This document shows positions 36,701 through 48,490 of a stretch of 50,071 nt of DNA, in pieces; position 1 is the first letter of the stretch; each line of letters starts with the position of its first letter. The translations under genes were made by a program, and so were the position numbers. The stretch comes from Callorhinchus milii (lineage: Eukaryota), in NCBI RefSeq assembly GCF_018977255.1, contig NW_024705382.1:1-50071 (forward strand). The letters run 5' to 3'. The notes below the pieces were generated by a model that worked only from the letters and a program-made list of their open reading frames with translations, ran no database searches and was not told the origin of the DNA.

Positions 36701-39700
36701 CTCCCGAATTAAACAATTCATAACGGGAAGCAGTTCTGACACTCCCAAAGGAAGTTCCGCAGTAGTGAGTGGAGTGGCTGGGATTGGAAAGACAACCATG
36801 GTGCAAAAGATGGTCTATGACTGGGCCACAGGCAAAATCTATCCTCACTTTCACTTTATTTTTGTTTTTAAATTCCGAGATCTTAACAGCCTAAGCTGCA
36901 GAATAACACTGAACCGCCTGATCGTGGAGCAGTATCCTTACCTCAGGGATGTTCTGGACGAGCTGTGGAAACACCCAGAGAGATTGCTCTTTATATTTGA
37001 TGGTTTGGATGAACTCAGGGGAAAGATTGATTTCGCTGACAATCGGAGACGCACAGAACCTCAGCGCAGATGCACAGAGCCTGATTTTTCCTGTAAAGTG
37101 TCTGACATTGTGTACAGTTTAATACAGAAAAAGCTGCTGCCAGGCTGCTCAGTACTGGTGACCAGCCGCCCCACTGCATTACAGTTACTGGCAAAGGCTC
37201 AGGTCAGTGTCTGGGCTGAAATCCTGGGATTTGTGGGTGAAGAGAGAAAGGAATATTTTCACAGGTTCTTTGAAGATGAGGAGGTGGCGGCTGCTGTTTA
37301 CAGCCATGTGGAGGAGAACGAGCTCCTGCTCACCATGTGCTACAACCCGTCCTATTGCTGGATCCTCGCTCTGTCTGTGGGACCCTTCTTTACACGGAAA
37401 CACAGCAACAAACAGCGAGTTCCCAAGACAGTCACACAACTCTTCTCCTATTATATTTACCACATTCTAACACATCACAGTGTCAAGATGGAAAGCCCCC
37501 GTGATGTGATGCTGAAGCTTGGTACCATGGCCTTCACTGGTGTCTCCCAGAGAAACATTGTCTTTACAGATGAAGATCTCATCAAATCTGACCTCCAACC
37601 TTCCCAGTTCCTCTCTGGCTTTCTCATGCAACTTGTGGAGAGAGAGTCTTCAGAGCACAGTGTGGTCTACACCTTCCCGCACCTCACCATCCAGGAGTTT
37701 GTAGCCGCACTCGCTCAGTTCCTGTCTCCGAATCCAAAAAGTATTCAGGATTGTTTCTATCAAACTCGCAGTAAAGAGGACGGCCGGTTTGAAATATTCC
37801 TGCGATTTGTTGCGGGTCTCTCCTCCCCACGGGCAGCTCAGCCACTGTGGGAGGTTCTGGGTCCATTTGACCATCCGAGTACCTGCACAGTGATCGATTG
37901 GCTAAAGGATAAATTTACAGCTCGGAACAGAGATACAGGCACAGTCACTGGGAAAAGGAAGCTGCTGAACACACTCCACTACCTGTTTGAGTCTCAGAAT
38001 CAAGCCCTGGCACAGCTCACATTGGGCTCTGTAAACAAAGTGTCATTTGGTGGCTTATCTTCAGAGAAAGCATTAAGACTGACGCTGATAGACTGTGTTG
38101 TGGTGTCTCAGGCTATTGCAATATGTGACACAGTAAAACAATTGCATTTGAGGAGATGCTATATTCAGGGTGAGGGTCTCCAGCGTCTGGTTCCTGCTCT
38201 GCACAAGTGTCAGGTATTGAGGTAAGTTTACTCTGTTTGTAAATATTATTATTTCAAAGCGATTCTCCTTGACTTAACTGACATTAAGCACCAGCTGATC
38301 AATTTGATAATGGTAATGCACAGTAGGAGTGGTCAGTGGGTGACAATGGTGGATGGCGTCACACACGACAATCCTGGCCAAGGGGATTGGGGGGTGAATG
38401 GCTGTCATTCCACTGCACTCCTGGCTGCTCAGCATTCTGAGTACTCTGGTGGCATTTCCATATTGCTGATGTTATTAGGATTCGTTCCCGACTCCCGACT
38501 GGAATACTCACTTTATTGACTATATTGTAACGTGATCCCGAGTCAGCCAGACCAGACCTTGCGCTCAGAGAGGGCATTCGGAGGTTCTGATTTATTCATA
38601 CAGAACAGGGTTCTTGTAACCACTGAATTTCTAACAAAGAAACTCTTCTATGCATCAAGCCTCTAAGTTTGATCCCAGCTCAGAATCACTCCCCTAAACA
38701 TGTGATTAGGCCGGAGGCGTACTTTTTCCTCTCTTGCCGCCAGTAGTACCTCCCGTACTGTATTCCAGAGCTAGGAGACCTCCCGAAAGCTCGAACACCT
38801 CTTTGGTGCAAGGGAAGACACGCTCACTCTCCAGAACAATAGTTGTAAATCTGATACAATATAATTCACGACAAACACAACTTTCTCAGTCTGACATCAG
38901 TCTGACAGGTGTGGGTTGCCCTGGCCCTGGTGAAGTGTCTCCAGCTCCTGAGCACTCCCAGTTCCAGAGAATCTCTTTCTCAGGTCTGGAGCTCAGAGCC
39001 TTGCTGAGATAAATGGCTGTTTCAAATGCAATGCTTATTATTACTATTTATTATTATCAGATCCTACCTCTCAAACTCGCTCCACTTTTTCTCAATAATA
39101 ATTGGCTTCTCCTCCAGTTCCCGCGCCATCTCGTGTGGTGGTCCTAAAGGCTATGTCCTCTGCCCTTCCTTATCAACCTGTATACACTCCCTCTTGCTGA
39201 CATCATCCACAGACATGAGATCAGCTTCTACATGTAGGCAGATGACAACGCACCATATCTCCCTGTCTCCATCCTCGACCACAGGACAACTGCTGTCCTG
39301 ACAGATTGTGTTTCAGACATCAAGCCCTGGATGAGAGCCAACTTTCTGCAATTAAATGTCAGTAAGTTATAGGCCATCCTCTTTGGCTCGCACCAGCATT
39401 TCAGTACCTCAGGCACAGGCAGTATCAGCATAGATGGATGCATACTCCAACTCATGAAGGCAGTCAGGAATCTGGGCATCCTGTTCGACTCTCAAATGTC
39501 CTTTCTCGCTCACTCGCGTGATACGACAGGCTCTGCCTTCCGCCACCTAAGCAACATTGCCCAATTCCGCCATTACTTTACATCTCAGATCGCCGAAACT
39601 ATTATATTACTTCCAGGCTCAATTATGCCAATTCCTTGCTTTTCGGCTTTCCAAAATCTTCCAGCTACAAGCTGCCGATCACCGAGAACTCTGCAGCCTG

Positions 39701-42700
39701 CACTAGGCTTCATGATCCCATCTCCCCCAATCTCGCCCGGCTCCACTGGCTTCCCATTTCCAGGCGGATATAAATCAAAATCTTCATCCTAACTTTTAAA
39801 GCCCTCCACCGCCTTTCTCCCTCCTACCTCTCTGACTTGCTGACCCCCGTCAACCTACCCGATTCCTCCAGTCAGTGTACTCCATTTCTCCCGCCCCACC
39901 CGCCACACCATCGGCGGCTGGACTTTCACCTGAGTGCCCCCACCCTTTGTAACACCATCTCACAATCCCATGGGCTCGATCCCTTCCTTGATGAGTCGTG
40001 GCTCCTCGAGCCTGAACAGTCGTCCATGGCATCAGCTGGTCACACTGTCCTGACCATACACCCAGGTCACTTAAACTGTTGTAACGCACTCTCGGAACTG
40101 GCCATGGGGAAGGCGGGTAGGCTGGTCCCTGGGACTGTAAAGCCTGAGGATTTGCAGTGCAGAGGCAGCATTGAGGATTGTTATGTTGTATTGCATTGTG
40201 GGGTCAGTCAACCCTTCAATTTATTAGACACTGTGGATGAGGGAGCCCCAAGGAAGCTCTCTCTACTCTGAACAGCAGCTCGGGGAGGACCTACTGCCCT
40301 GAAGACAGGACACGGGAAGCTTGTGGCCGAATCACATGGGCCAGAGGAGACTTAATTGCTGAGTGCGGGGAGTGAGTGCTGTGAGGCCTGAGCTGGTGGA
40401 ACCAGAGTAGGAGAGAAGCCTAGAGGGGGTAGGAACCAACACAGGGAACTGCAAAACTGAGGGATGTGAGGGATCGAGTAAGTGACTTTTGCCAACGTTA
40501 ACAACGTGCCCACTCCCTTCGCTCGGTGGGCACTGGCCTGCTCCACGTTGCCCGCCCTGCCCACTATCATCTGTGGTCAGGGCTTCCGCATTTCTGCTCA
40601 CACCCTCTGAAAATCAATCCCATAGCCCCTCCACCTCATCCTCTCCCTTACCTCATTGAAACCCCGTATCATAAACTTTGCCTTCAGTCACCCGCCTACC
40701 CCATTCCGCTGCCATCTATCTATCTCTGATACCATTCCGTAGTTCATTGTACAACGCCTTGAGATGTCCTCGTTAGGTAAAATGCAACAAAAACGCAATT
40801 TATTGTTGCTAATATTGCCATAGAGACTGGGGGCCTCTCGAAACTTCCAACCCCGTCTTTCTAAAGCTCTGAGACATTACCCTACGTAAATATGATATAA
40901 ATATCTATTTTGCGGATCACACAACATTGGAACGATATATACACGATCAGTTTTGTGTCTGACTGTGGTCCCAGCGCCTTGGAACTTGCTCCCCACGTGA
41001 AAGGCTCCTGTATATCCATGTCAATGTGTATTGTGTTGTTGCACTATATTCCCTGTGTTTGTGTCTCTGTGCCCAGCCTGGGGAGCAATAATCTGGGAGA
41101 TTGTGGAGTGAAGCAACTGTGTGAGGCTCTGAGGAACCCGGAGTGTAAAATACGGAGACTGGAGTAAGTACCACACTGTGGACTTGGTGTCAGTGACTGG
41201 TTATAAACACAGATTATTGTAGACTGAGCAGCTGTGGACAACATTAATTCTAAGTGTTTTTAAAATCTACAAGGACTGGCTCAGCGGCAGGATTTTAAGG
41301 CAAATCACTGGGAGCTCAAATTATTCCCACTCTGTTCCTGTGAAACCTCTGAGACACAGTATTTACAGATGGTGTGGCGGGCGGGGGGCGGGCGGGGGAG
41401 TGTGTTGGGGCGGACTCTTAGCTGCAAAACAGCAGGATGACTCCCAGATAGAGCTCTTACGGAGATATAGCTTGTTAAACTGCATCAGGCAAACCCCACC
41501 CACACACCGATGCCCCCAACATAAACTCAGCCTGAACGTTGAATTGCACCAAACTACACACAATCCTGCAATTCTGAATATATGTGTATCTTCCGTAAAC
41601 AACGATAATTTAATGTGAAGGTGGCAAAAACGACAGGACCGGTCCTTTCCTCCTGCGCAGGCAACCCCACATGCTCTAATTGTAGTCAAGGCTATGTTTA
41701 CGCCAATCTCTGTTATCACCCTTTGTTTCTAATTTTCAGGCTGGAGGTTAACAATCTGACAACTGTTTGTACCAAGGATCTGGCCTCCGCTCTCTGTGCA
41801 AACCAATCACTGACCCAGCTGAACTTGAATGATAATAATCTAGGATATCCTGGAGTGAAACAACTGTGTGAAGCTCTGAGTAACACAGAGGTTAAAATAC
41901 AGAGACTCGAGTGAGTAACACACTATGGACATTGTGTCAAGAACTGGTTCTAAACGCAGATTGTAACATCCTGAGCAGCTGCGGACAATATTAATTCTAA
42001 AAGTTCCCAAAAAGCTACAAGAAATGGCTCAGCGGGAGGATTTTAGGGAAAAATCACTGGGAGTAGAGATTCTTCCATCTGAGCTCCTGTTAATCCTGCG
42101 AAACACAGTATCTTCACTTTGGTGTGGGTGGTGTGAGGAAGGGTGGGGAGGTTTGCTAGCCGGAAATAAGATGGATGTTTCCCAGACAGAGCTCTGAAAG
42201 GGACTTTGCAGTTTTAGCTTGTTGGTCAACAACCTCCCGCGTATCCTCCCCACCCCATACGCCAGACACAGACTCTGGGGTCACTGACCCCGAATTGGCC
42301 AAGGTAGACCCAATACTGCAATTCGGAATATATGTGTCTGTTCCACTCAAAGGGATATGTTAGATTCAAAGTGGCAATAATGTTAGGACCCGGAATGCCT
42401 CATATCCCACATAAGCCAAACCATCCACAATCTCCAATTGTAATCAACTCTATGTTTACTCCCTGTTATGTCTCCAAACTCCGGAGGCTGCGTAATAAAT
42501 AATAATAAACAATGTGTTTGCTCTGATCCCTGTTATGTGTCTGTGTCTCTGATCTCCAGGTTGGAGGGTAACAATCTGACAGCTGATTGTACCGAGGATC
42601 TGACCTCCGCTCTCATCACAAACCACTCACTGACGGAGCTGCACCTGAATAATAATAATCTGGGAGATTGTGGAGTGAAGCGACTGTGTGAGGCTCTGAG

Positions 42701-43831
42701 GAACCCGGAGTGTAAAATACAGAGTCTGGGGTAAGTAACACACTGTGTCTCCAGAGTCTGAATAACTCCAATATCCCAAAGTGTTTATTGTGACTGTCCG
42801 ATCAGTGCGGCTGAATATTGTGACAGGAATCGGTGTGACAGTGTGAGGCCACAAGCCATCGTTTACATCAAACTCTCAACATATATTAATAAGAAACCAT
42901 ATGCTGGAGACCCCAGCTCTAGTGATATGTGGACAGTCACAGCTCCGACCCCTAAACTGGCTCCAAGCCCCAAACACGCTCCTATTGTATTTAATCCCGA
43001 AGCTCCTGCCCTGGTCCCGTCAATCCCTCCACACACTGTGGGTTTGTAGTTCTCTACTACTGTGAGCCGTGTGTCTGACACACACACAAACCTGCCATCG
43101 GGCTTTAAACTCTCCCAACCAACTTACTGACAGTTCCACAGCTGACTGGAGATTTGTGATAGGCGCTGGACCACTTTGTAATGGAAGTTTCTGGAATCTC
43201 AGCTGTTACGCTATCTCCATATTGGGAAAACCCTCTGAGGCCTTCTCACTAGGGTCAGGGACTCCCTAAGGATGGTTTTCATCTCTGTATCCTCTTGTGG
43301 CCTCTGACGCCTCTTCCTTCGTGGGTGACGGCCGGTAGTGAGTGACAGTGGGTTATACTCACTGTGTTTACTCTGATCGCTGTCATGTCTCTGTGTCTCT
43401 GATCTCCAGGTTGGACAGTAACAGACTGACCGATGGCTGCACTGATGATCTGGTCTCCGCTCTCAGTACAAACCGCTCACTGAGGTTCCTGGACCTGAGC
43501 TCTAACTCCTTCACAGACGGCTCTGTCTCCGCTCTCCGCCGCCTCATACAGACCTGCACCAGTCTGGAGGAGATCTGGTGAGTGTTCGTGTCAATGTTTA
43601 ATGTAAGAAACACACAGAGAAAGGGCTGCGAATCAGAATGGAAACAATTTGATGGGATTTATTTATTTATTAAACTGCATCATGAACATTTTACAGTTTG
43701 TATCATTATCTCGTGAGTTTATTTCCTGTTTAATATATTTCAGGCTGAAGCGGAATAAGTTCAGTTCAGACAAGCGGAATAAGATGGCGTCACGACAAGG
43801 AATCAGAGCTGGGGTGACATTATCAGTGTGA
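30686..43831 (+). CDS. NLR-family receptor (CARD-like death fold, FISNA-like linker, NACHT, RI-type LRRs); NLRP3/NLRP12/NLRC3-like; 10 coding exons, about 993 aa
   Basis: Manual splice model join(30686-30776,32653-32819,33301-33472,33561-33626,36421-38221,41077-41163,41740-41910,42560-42730,43410-43577,43744-43831). All introns are GT-AG, phases 1,0,1,1,2,2,2,2,2 are mutually compatible, and the total is 2982 nt ending in TGA with no internal stop. Confidence 0.88.
31180..32200 (+). mobile_element. Old L2 fragment interrupted by a SINE (NLR intron 1)
   Basis: Fragments [30 protein letters not shown] and [10 protein letters not shown]. Confidence 0.8.
31551..31880 (+). mobile_element. Full-length tRNA-derived Deu-like SINE nested in L2
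   Basis: Same structure as 14314-14640. It splits the L2 reading [12 protein letters not shown] and is flanked by ATTA. Confidence 0.9.
32653..32819 (+). CDS. NLR exon 2, first half of CARD-like domain
   Basis: Acceptor ctaacag|, donor |gtatgt. Encodes [36 protein letters not shown], resembling CARD helices 1-3. Confidence 0.85.
33301..33472 (+). CDS. NLR exon 3, second half of CARD-like domain
   Basis: Acceptor ctcttctcag|, donor |gtaatg. Encodes [27 protein letters not shown], matching the CARD-type LL.L...KG..A...F pattern. Confidence 0.87.
33561..33626 (+). CDS. NLR exon 4, 66-nt linker exon ([22 protein letters not shown])
   Basis: Acceptor ttccaacag|, donor |gtatgt, phase 1-1, open frame. 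Too short for the ORF track. Confidence 0.8.
33722..34815. repeat. ~1.1-kb polypurine (GGAGGGGAG/TATGGAGG) low-complexity tract in NLR intron 4
   Basis: Strong G/A strand skew; produces the spurious S/P/L-rich 357-aa ORF on the minus strand. Confidence 0.9.
34945..35220 (+). mobile_element. 5'-truncated Deu-like SINE
   Basis: Runs from the B box onward; body and tail match 31551-31880. Confidence 0.88.
35300..36001 (+). mobile_element. CR1-clade LINE fragments with 3' tail
   Basis: Encodes [24 protein letters not shown]; tail GGCTGAATGGCCTACTCCTGTTCCTATGTTCCT. Confidence 0.87.
36040..36330 (+). mobile_element. Old Deu-domain SINE relic
   Basis: AAACTGAGGTCCCGTCTGCC...GTGGATGTTAAAGATCC...GCACTATTTGAA...CTGGCCAACA resembles the Deu-SINE core. 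Confidence 0.6.
36421..38221 (+). CDS. NLR exon 5, large NACHT exon (FISNA-like region, NBD, HD1, WH, HD2, first LRR)
   Basis: Lies in the 608-aa ORF 36399-38225. Walker A GVAGIGKT, Walker [12 protein letters not shown], sensor-1 [16 protein letters not shown], winged-helix [23 protein letters not shown]. Donor AG|gtaagt. Confidence 0.97.
39050..39960 (+). mobile_element. Degraded L2 RT fragment in NLR intron 5
   Basis: Fragments [26 protein letters not shown] and LHWLP..[15 protein letters not shown] in shifted frames. Confidence 0.8.
41077..41163 (+). CDS. NLR exon 6, 87-nt single LRR exon
   Basis: Acceptor gcccag|, donor |gtaagt. Encodes [29 protein letters not shown]; phase 2-2. Confidence 0.92.
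41740..41910 (+). CDS. NLR exon 7, 171-nt double LRR exon
   Basis: Acceptor ttttcag|, donor |gtgagt. Encodes [47 protein letters not shown] 171-nt length is typical of NLRP/RNH1 LRR exons. Confidence 0.93.
42560..42730 (+). CDS. NLR exon 8, 171-nt double LRR exon
   Basis: Acceptor tctccag|, donor |gtaagt. Encodes [46 protein letters not shown]. Confidence 0.93.
43410..43577 (+). CDS. NLR exon 9, 168-nt LRR exon
   Basis: Acceptor tctccag|, donor |gtgagt. Encodes [39 protein letters not shown]. Confidence 0.93.
43744..43831 (+). CDS. NLR terminal exon 10 ([28 protein letters not shown])
   Basis: Acceptor atatttcag|, phase 2, ends in TGA. Homologous to the paralog terminal exon at 14035-14128. 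Confidence 0.88.
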
Positions 43832-43905
43832 CACTGCCTGAGGCAGCGACTGTCCACGCAGTCTGTGTAATACGGAATACATTCTGGACAATGTAATGAT
43901 TGATT

Positions 43906-43911
43906 ATTAAA
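43906..43911 (+). terminator. Putative polyadenylation signal ATTAAA of the NLR gene
   Basis: 75 nt after the stop codon and conserved at the equivalent position in the paralog (14197-14202). Confidence 0.5.
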
Positions 43912-43979
43912 TGTGTTAATCCTGATTCCCTCTCCCATCCCTGCCCTGGGCACGGTTATTGTCACCTACCCCCGTGCTG

Positions 43980-44777
43980 TCAGTCTCTCACTCTCATCAT
44001 CTCTGTCAGTCTCTCTTTCTGTTTCTTCCTCGCTGTCTCACTCTATCCTATTCTGATTCTCATAGTCTCGCTCTCTCAATCTCTCGCTCTCAATCTCTCT
44101 CTTTCTGACTCTTTGTCAGTCTGTCGCTCCTCGTCTCTCTCTTTCTGTATCTCCCACAAAACACATAGCCACTGCACTTGATAATATATTTTCTCTCACA
44201 CTCCCTCTCAGTTTCTCTGTTTCTCTCTGTTCCTCTGTCTTTCTTTATTTTTCTCAGTTCCACTCTTTCTCTGTCTCTTTCTCTTCTCTCGCAGTCACTC
44301 TCTCTCCTAATCTCTATCATTCATTTCTCCCTCTGTTTCTCTCAGTTTATCTCTCTGTCTCACCCACAATCACTACACTTTATAATTTATTCTCTGACAG
44401 TCGCTCTCGCTATTCCTTTCTCTCCCTCTCCAGTCTCTCTCGATCTCTCCCAGTCTCTCTTTCAATATGTATTTGTGTCTCTCAGTCTCTCTCTCAGTCT
44501 TTCTCTCTATCTCTCTCAGTCTCTATCTTTCTCAGTCTCTCGTTTTCACACTCTCCCATAAAAAACACAGTCACTACAATAACAACAACACCTTGGATTT
44601 ATACAGGGCCCTCCACGCCAGACGGCGTCTGAGAGCTATTCACAGTAATGGATCCCGGAGCTTAATAATGTATGTTCTTTCACAGTCTCTGTCTGAGTCT
44701 CAGTATCTCTCTCTCTTTCTCTCCAATATATTTTCACTCACAGTCTCTTTCTCACTCTCAGTCTCTCAGTCTCTCTC

Positions 44778-44856
<79 letters not shown>

Positions 44857-45130
44857 CTATCTCTTTCTCTCTGCCAGTCACTCTTTCCTACACTTTCTCT
44901 CTGCCACTGTAATATGTAAAATATTAATATATTAATACATAGTACACCTCACTTTCTCTCTCAGACTTTATCTCATTCTCTCTCTCTATCAGGTTCTCTC
45001 TCAGTCTCACCAACAAAACACAGAGTCCCTGCACACTATAGTATATTTACTCTCACAGTCTCCCTCTCTGCCTCTTTCTCTCACTTGATCTCTTAGTCTT
45101 TTTTCTCTGTCTCTCCCACAAAAAACAGTA
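43980..45130. repeat. CT-rich low-complexity tract including (TCTG)n at about 44777-44852
   Basis: Direct inspection. Confidence 0.9.
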
Positions 45131-45159
45131 ACTACACTGTGCCACTACACTACTATCCT

Positions 45160-46026
45160 CACTGAATAACTGTCAGGAATCAAATCCTGGATGAGAGTTA
45201 ACTTTCTTCAGTTCAACGACAACAAGACGTGGCCCAAGTGATTGGCTTCCATCAGCATCTCCTCAACGCAGGCGCTGACAGTATCACCATCCATGGATGC
45301 ATACACCACCTTGCGAGGCCAGTCCGCAAACTTGGGGTATTGTTTGACTCTCAACTATCTTTCAATCCAACATCTGCGCCATGACCTTTATTCCACCACC
45401 CCCACAACGGTGTCCAGCTCCGATACTGTCTCACGCGGTAGGCCGCCGAAACCCTCATACATGATCTCTTTACATCGAGGGTCGAATATGCAAACTCATA
45501 TTGCTTATCAGCCGCCCCAACTCCTCCCTCCACAGGCAGCAAATCATCCAAACCTCTGCAGTCCGTGTCCTCTCCCGCACTCGTCTCCGCGATCCTATCA
45601 ACCCCATCCTATCAAAATTCTCAATGGCTTCCTACTTAACACAGAGGATACAGCTCAAGATCCTTGTCCTCACCTTCAAAGCCCTCAATAGTCTCTCTTC
45701 CCCCCTACCACTGCAACATCCTAAACCCCTACAAACCTGCTCGCTTCCTCCACTAAGCGGGCTCCGTCCAGCTTCACGTCACCTGCCCAGCCTAGCTCCA
45801 TGCAGTCCCTCCGTCCTGGTCCCCTCCTTTGCCTCCTCAAGACCCATCTCACGACCCTGCTCTTCTAATGTGCTTTTGATCACACTCCTCTTTATGCCCT
45901 CCAACCTCCCCAATCCCGTCCCCCAGCTTGGGTCCGAAACGCTCTCTTTTCAACGCCTCGGGACGTCTTCCCAACGTGAAAGGCGCTTTGCACATCTCAT
46001 TGTTTTGTAATTTGTTGCTGTTGTTG
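45160..46026 (+). mobile_element. Degraded L2 3' fragment
   Basis: Fragments SAVRVLSRTR and QRIQLKILVLTFKALN; tail CGCCTCGGGACGTCTTCCCAACGTGAAAGGCGCT with (TTG)n. Confidence 0.82.
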
Positions 46027-48261
46027 ATCGTTCTTCATCAGCATGAATCAGCTCTCCGCAATTTCCCGCAAATTTTCCAAAACTCCCCGTAGTATTTGGC
46101 TAATTTTTCCGCACTTTTCTTTTGGCCCATGTCACGAATAGCTGAAGCGTGTGCTCTGTGGTCTGATCTGAGCAACAGACCTGGGACTTAAAAAGTATTT
46201 TGAGAAATATAGCCGATAATGCAGCAATACAGAAGTAAATATTAATGCAGTATTTCTTATAATATGTATTACGCTTTATATTATGTTATTACGTTTAAAT
46301 ATTTGTAAATATAATTTGGAAGTTTTGAATATACAAACTCCTCCCAAATTCTGTAAATAATTGTCTACGTTCCAGTATACTGATTGGGAGGCAAGTGTAG
46401 GAAAAACACCTTTCCAGCGAAAAGTTTCAGTTTGCTGACTCCTTTATTAGTTCCGCTTTGTAATGTCTTCAGTGCAGCTTGATTTTTCCTTGTGTTCCAT
46501 GTACCCTAAATGCTCCAATAGAAAAATGTAAAGTGAATCTACCAGGGACATAAGCAACTTTTTCTGTTCAAAAAGAAATATAAAATAAGAGCCAAGTTAA
46601 ATCTGAAGAGCTAAGATGAAGGAAACCATAATTATGCTTTCACTTAAGAACATTACTGTGGAAGATCTTGAGCCGTTAAGCCACATCCAACAGGAATCAA
46701 GATTTTATACGAAAAAAATATTAAAGTCTCTTTAAAGTCAGTGATCGACTCCAAATTTGGAAAAACTCGTTGCCAGAGTTCCTGCTCTAGAATGTCATAT
46801 TGTAAGGGTTTTTGGTGTCAATCGCATACATAAACTCATTGCCGTCCTCGTGAGTATCGAAACCAGACATACGAGTTACACGTATTCAGGACAACGACAT
46901 TCGGATTATTACCTCGACCTGAAATCGGGGGGAAACTCTTTCCCCTGAAGTGACACATTCTGCTTTACATTTGCCAGAAAGCATCAGACACATAGTGACA
47001 GGAGCCAAGGCTTGGGGACTCCGTGCGAGAGTTTCTGTTAGGATTTGTGCTGGAATTTGACCAAATGAAACCTCCAGCTTGCCATTGCAAACGCTTACTA
47101 GCGAGCTTCCTGCTTCTTGTCCAGCGAGGACAATGAATTAACCCCGAGGAGAGGCTTCCTCTGGCCCATTTACAAAGGTCATTTTCGAGCAGCGACGTGG
47201 AACTAGGGCAAACACGAGTAGACGCTGCTCTGACCCGTTACTGAGCAGCTGCGGTGAATTGGGCATCACATCTATTTGCTATGGTCCCTGACGTGAGGTG
47301 AATATCTCCTGTAGAGTAAAGGCTGGGACACGGAATTGGCTTGGATCTCGAAAACATTCTGGTACCCGGGGTCACCTGGAATTTAGTTAACCTGCATTGG
47401 GACTTCCCCTGAAGTGAGGCCTGAACGACGAGAGTTTATTTCCCAACGCGGCTCCATAGGACAGTGGGTGTCTCAGAGATAGGGATCAGAATAAATCAGT
47501 GGGACTGAAGCCCCTCGTATCTCCCATTCAATCTCCTCAGAGTCAGAGCCTGCTCTCGAGGTGGACAATATTATGTCTCAATGATTAGTCCAGTGTTTAA
47601 CAGAGCGAGTGTCGTACATCAGGTCCCCTGGTCAGCCCGCCAGCAGCTTAATACTGTCCGGAACACCAAAGCATCGCTATTCTGTTACAAATTCCTGAAT
47701 GAGATATTCTCAAACAAAACCAGAAAAAACATGGAAATAATTAGGCTATTGTAAGAATCGATCCAGACCCGATAGGTCCAAATATCATCTAAAACGATGG
47801 AATGAGTAAGGAGTGATGCTGGCAACTTGTTTTAATGGTGGAGCCGGTCCTGCTGCAAATGCTTGAGGCTTTCCTTCAGTTTAGATTTCCTTGAGCAACA
47901 AAAAAATGTTTTACACCTGAAACATTACATAGTTAATCTGTACTGACTCTTTGACTGTATCTTGCTTTCTGCAGTGTTACTGCTAGGTTTCGTTATCGGG
48001 GAACTCATCTCCTTTCCGAAGCAAATCGCCTCAAACTCATGTCAAACCTGGAGAAGGGGAATGAAACATTTAAATATTTGTAAATGTAACTCAATAAATT
48101 CATTACTAAATTGCAGATTGTTACTCAATATGTTTAAAATTAATGTATGTGTAACGTTACATCAAACATTGTACCCTGTGACATTTGGGACGGATATGAT
48201 TTTTAGAATCAGCAAAACTCAATAGCAATAGGATGTGATAAGGCACTCTATGAAGTGTTAC

Positions 48262-48490
48262 AAGAACAAATTGGATTTATATAGCGCCCTCCACGCCAGA
48301 CGTCGTCTGAGAGTTCACAGTAACGGATCCAGATGCCGACCCAGCGGGAGTGGGGGGAGGGGGGGTGGGTAAGGGGAGGGGGGGAAGGAGACCAAAGGCG
48401 CGGTCGAAAAGAAATGTCTTCAGCAGAGGCCTGAGCATAGGAAGGGAGGGAGCGAGACGAAGGGAGTGAGGAAGGGAGTTCCAGAGAGAG
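48262..48490 (-). mobile_element. L2-like 3' fragment
   Basis: Matches 22695-22890 (GGATTTATATAGCGCCCTCCACGCCAGACG...GGAAGGGAGTTCCAGAG). Confidence 0.75.

Noticed and set aside
38526..39020. Possible minus-strand LTR in NLR intron 5 (starts TGTAAC, contains TTTATT)
   Set aside because: No matching terminal end or target-site duplication could be identified, so evidence is insufficient.
41170..43370. RSS-like heptamers (CACTGTG) near LRR exon boundaries, suggesting RAG-mediated LRR rearrangement
   Set aside because: No GGTTTTTGT/ACAAAAACC nonamer at 12- or 23-bp spacing. The heptamer is not conserved in all copies (CACTATG, TACAGTG), and its recurrence is explained by intron duplication.
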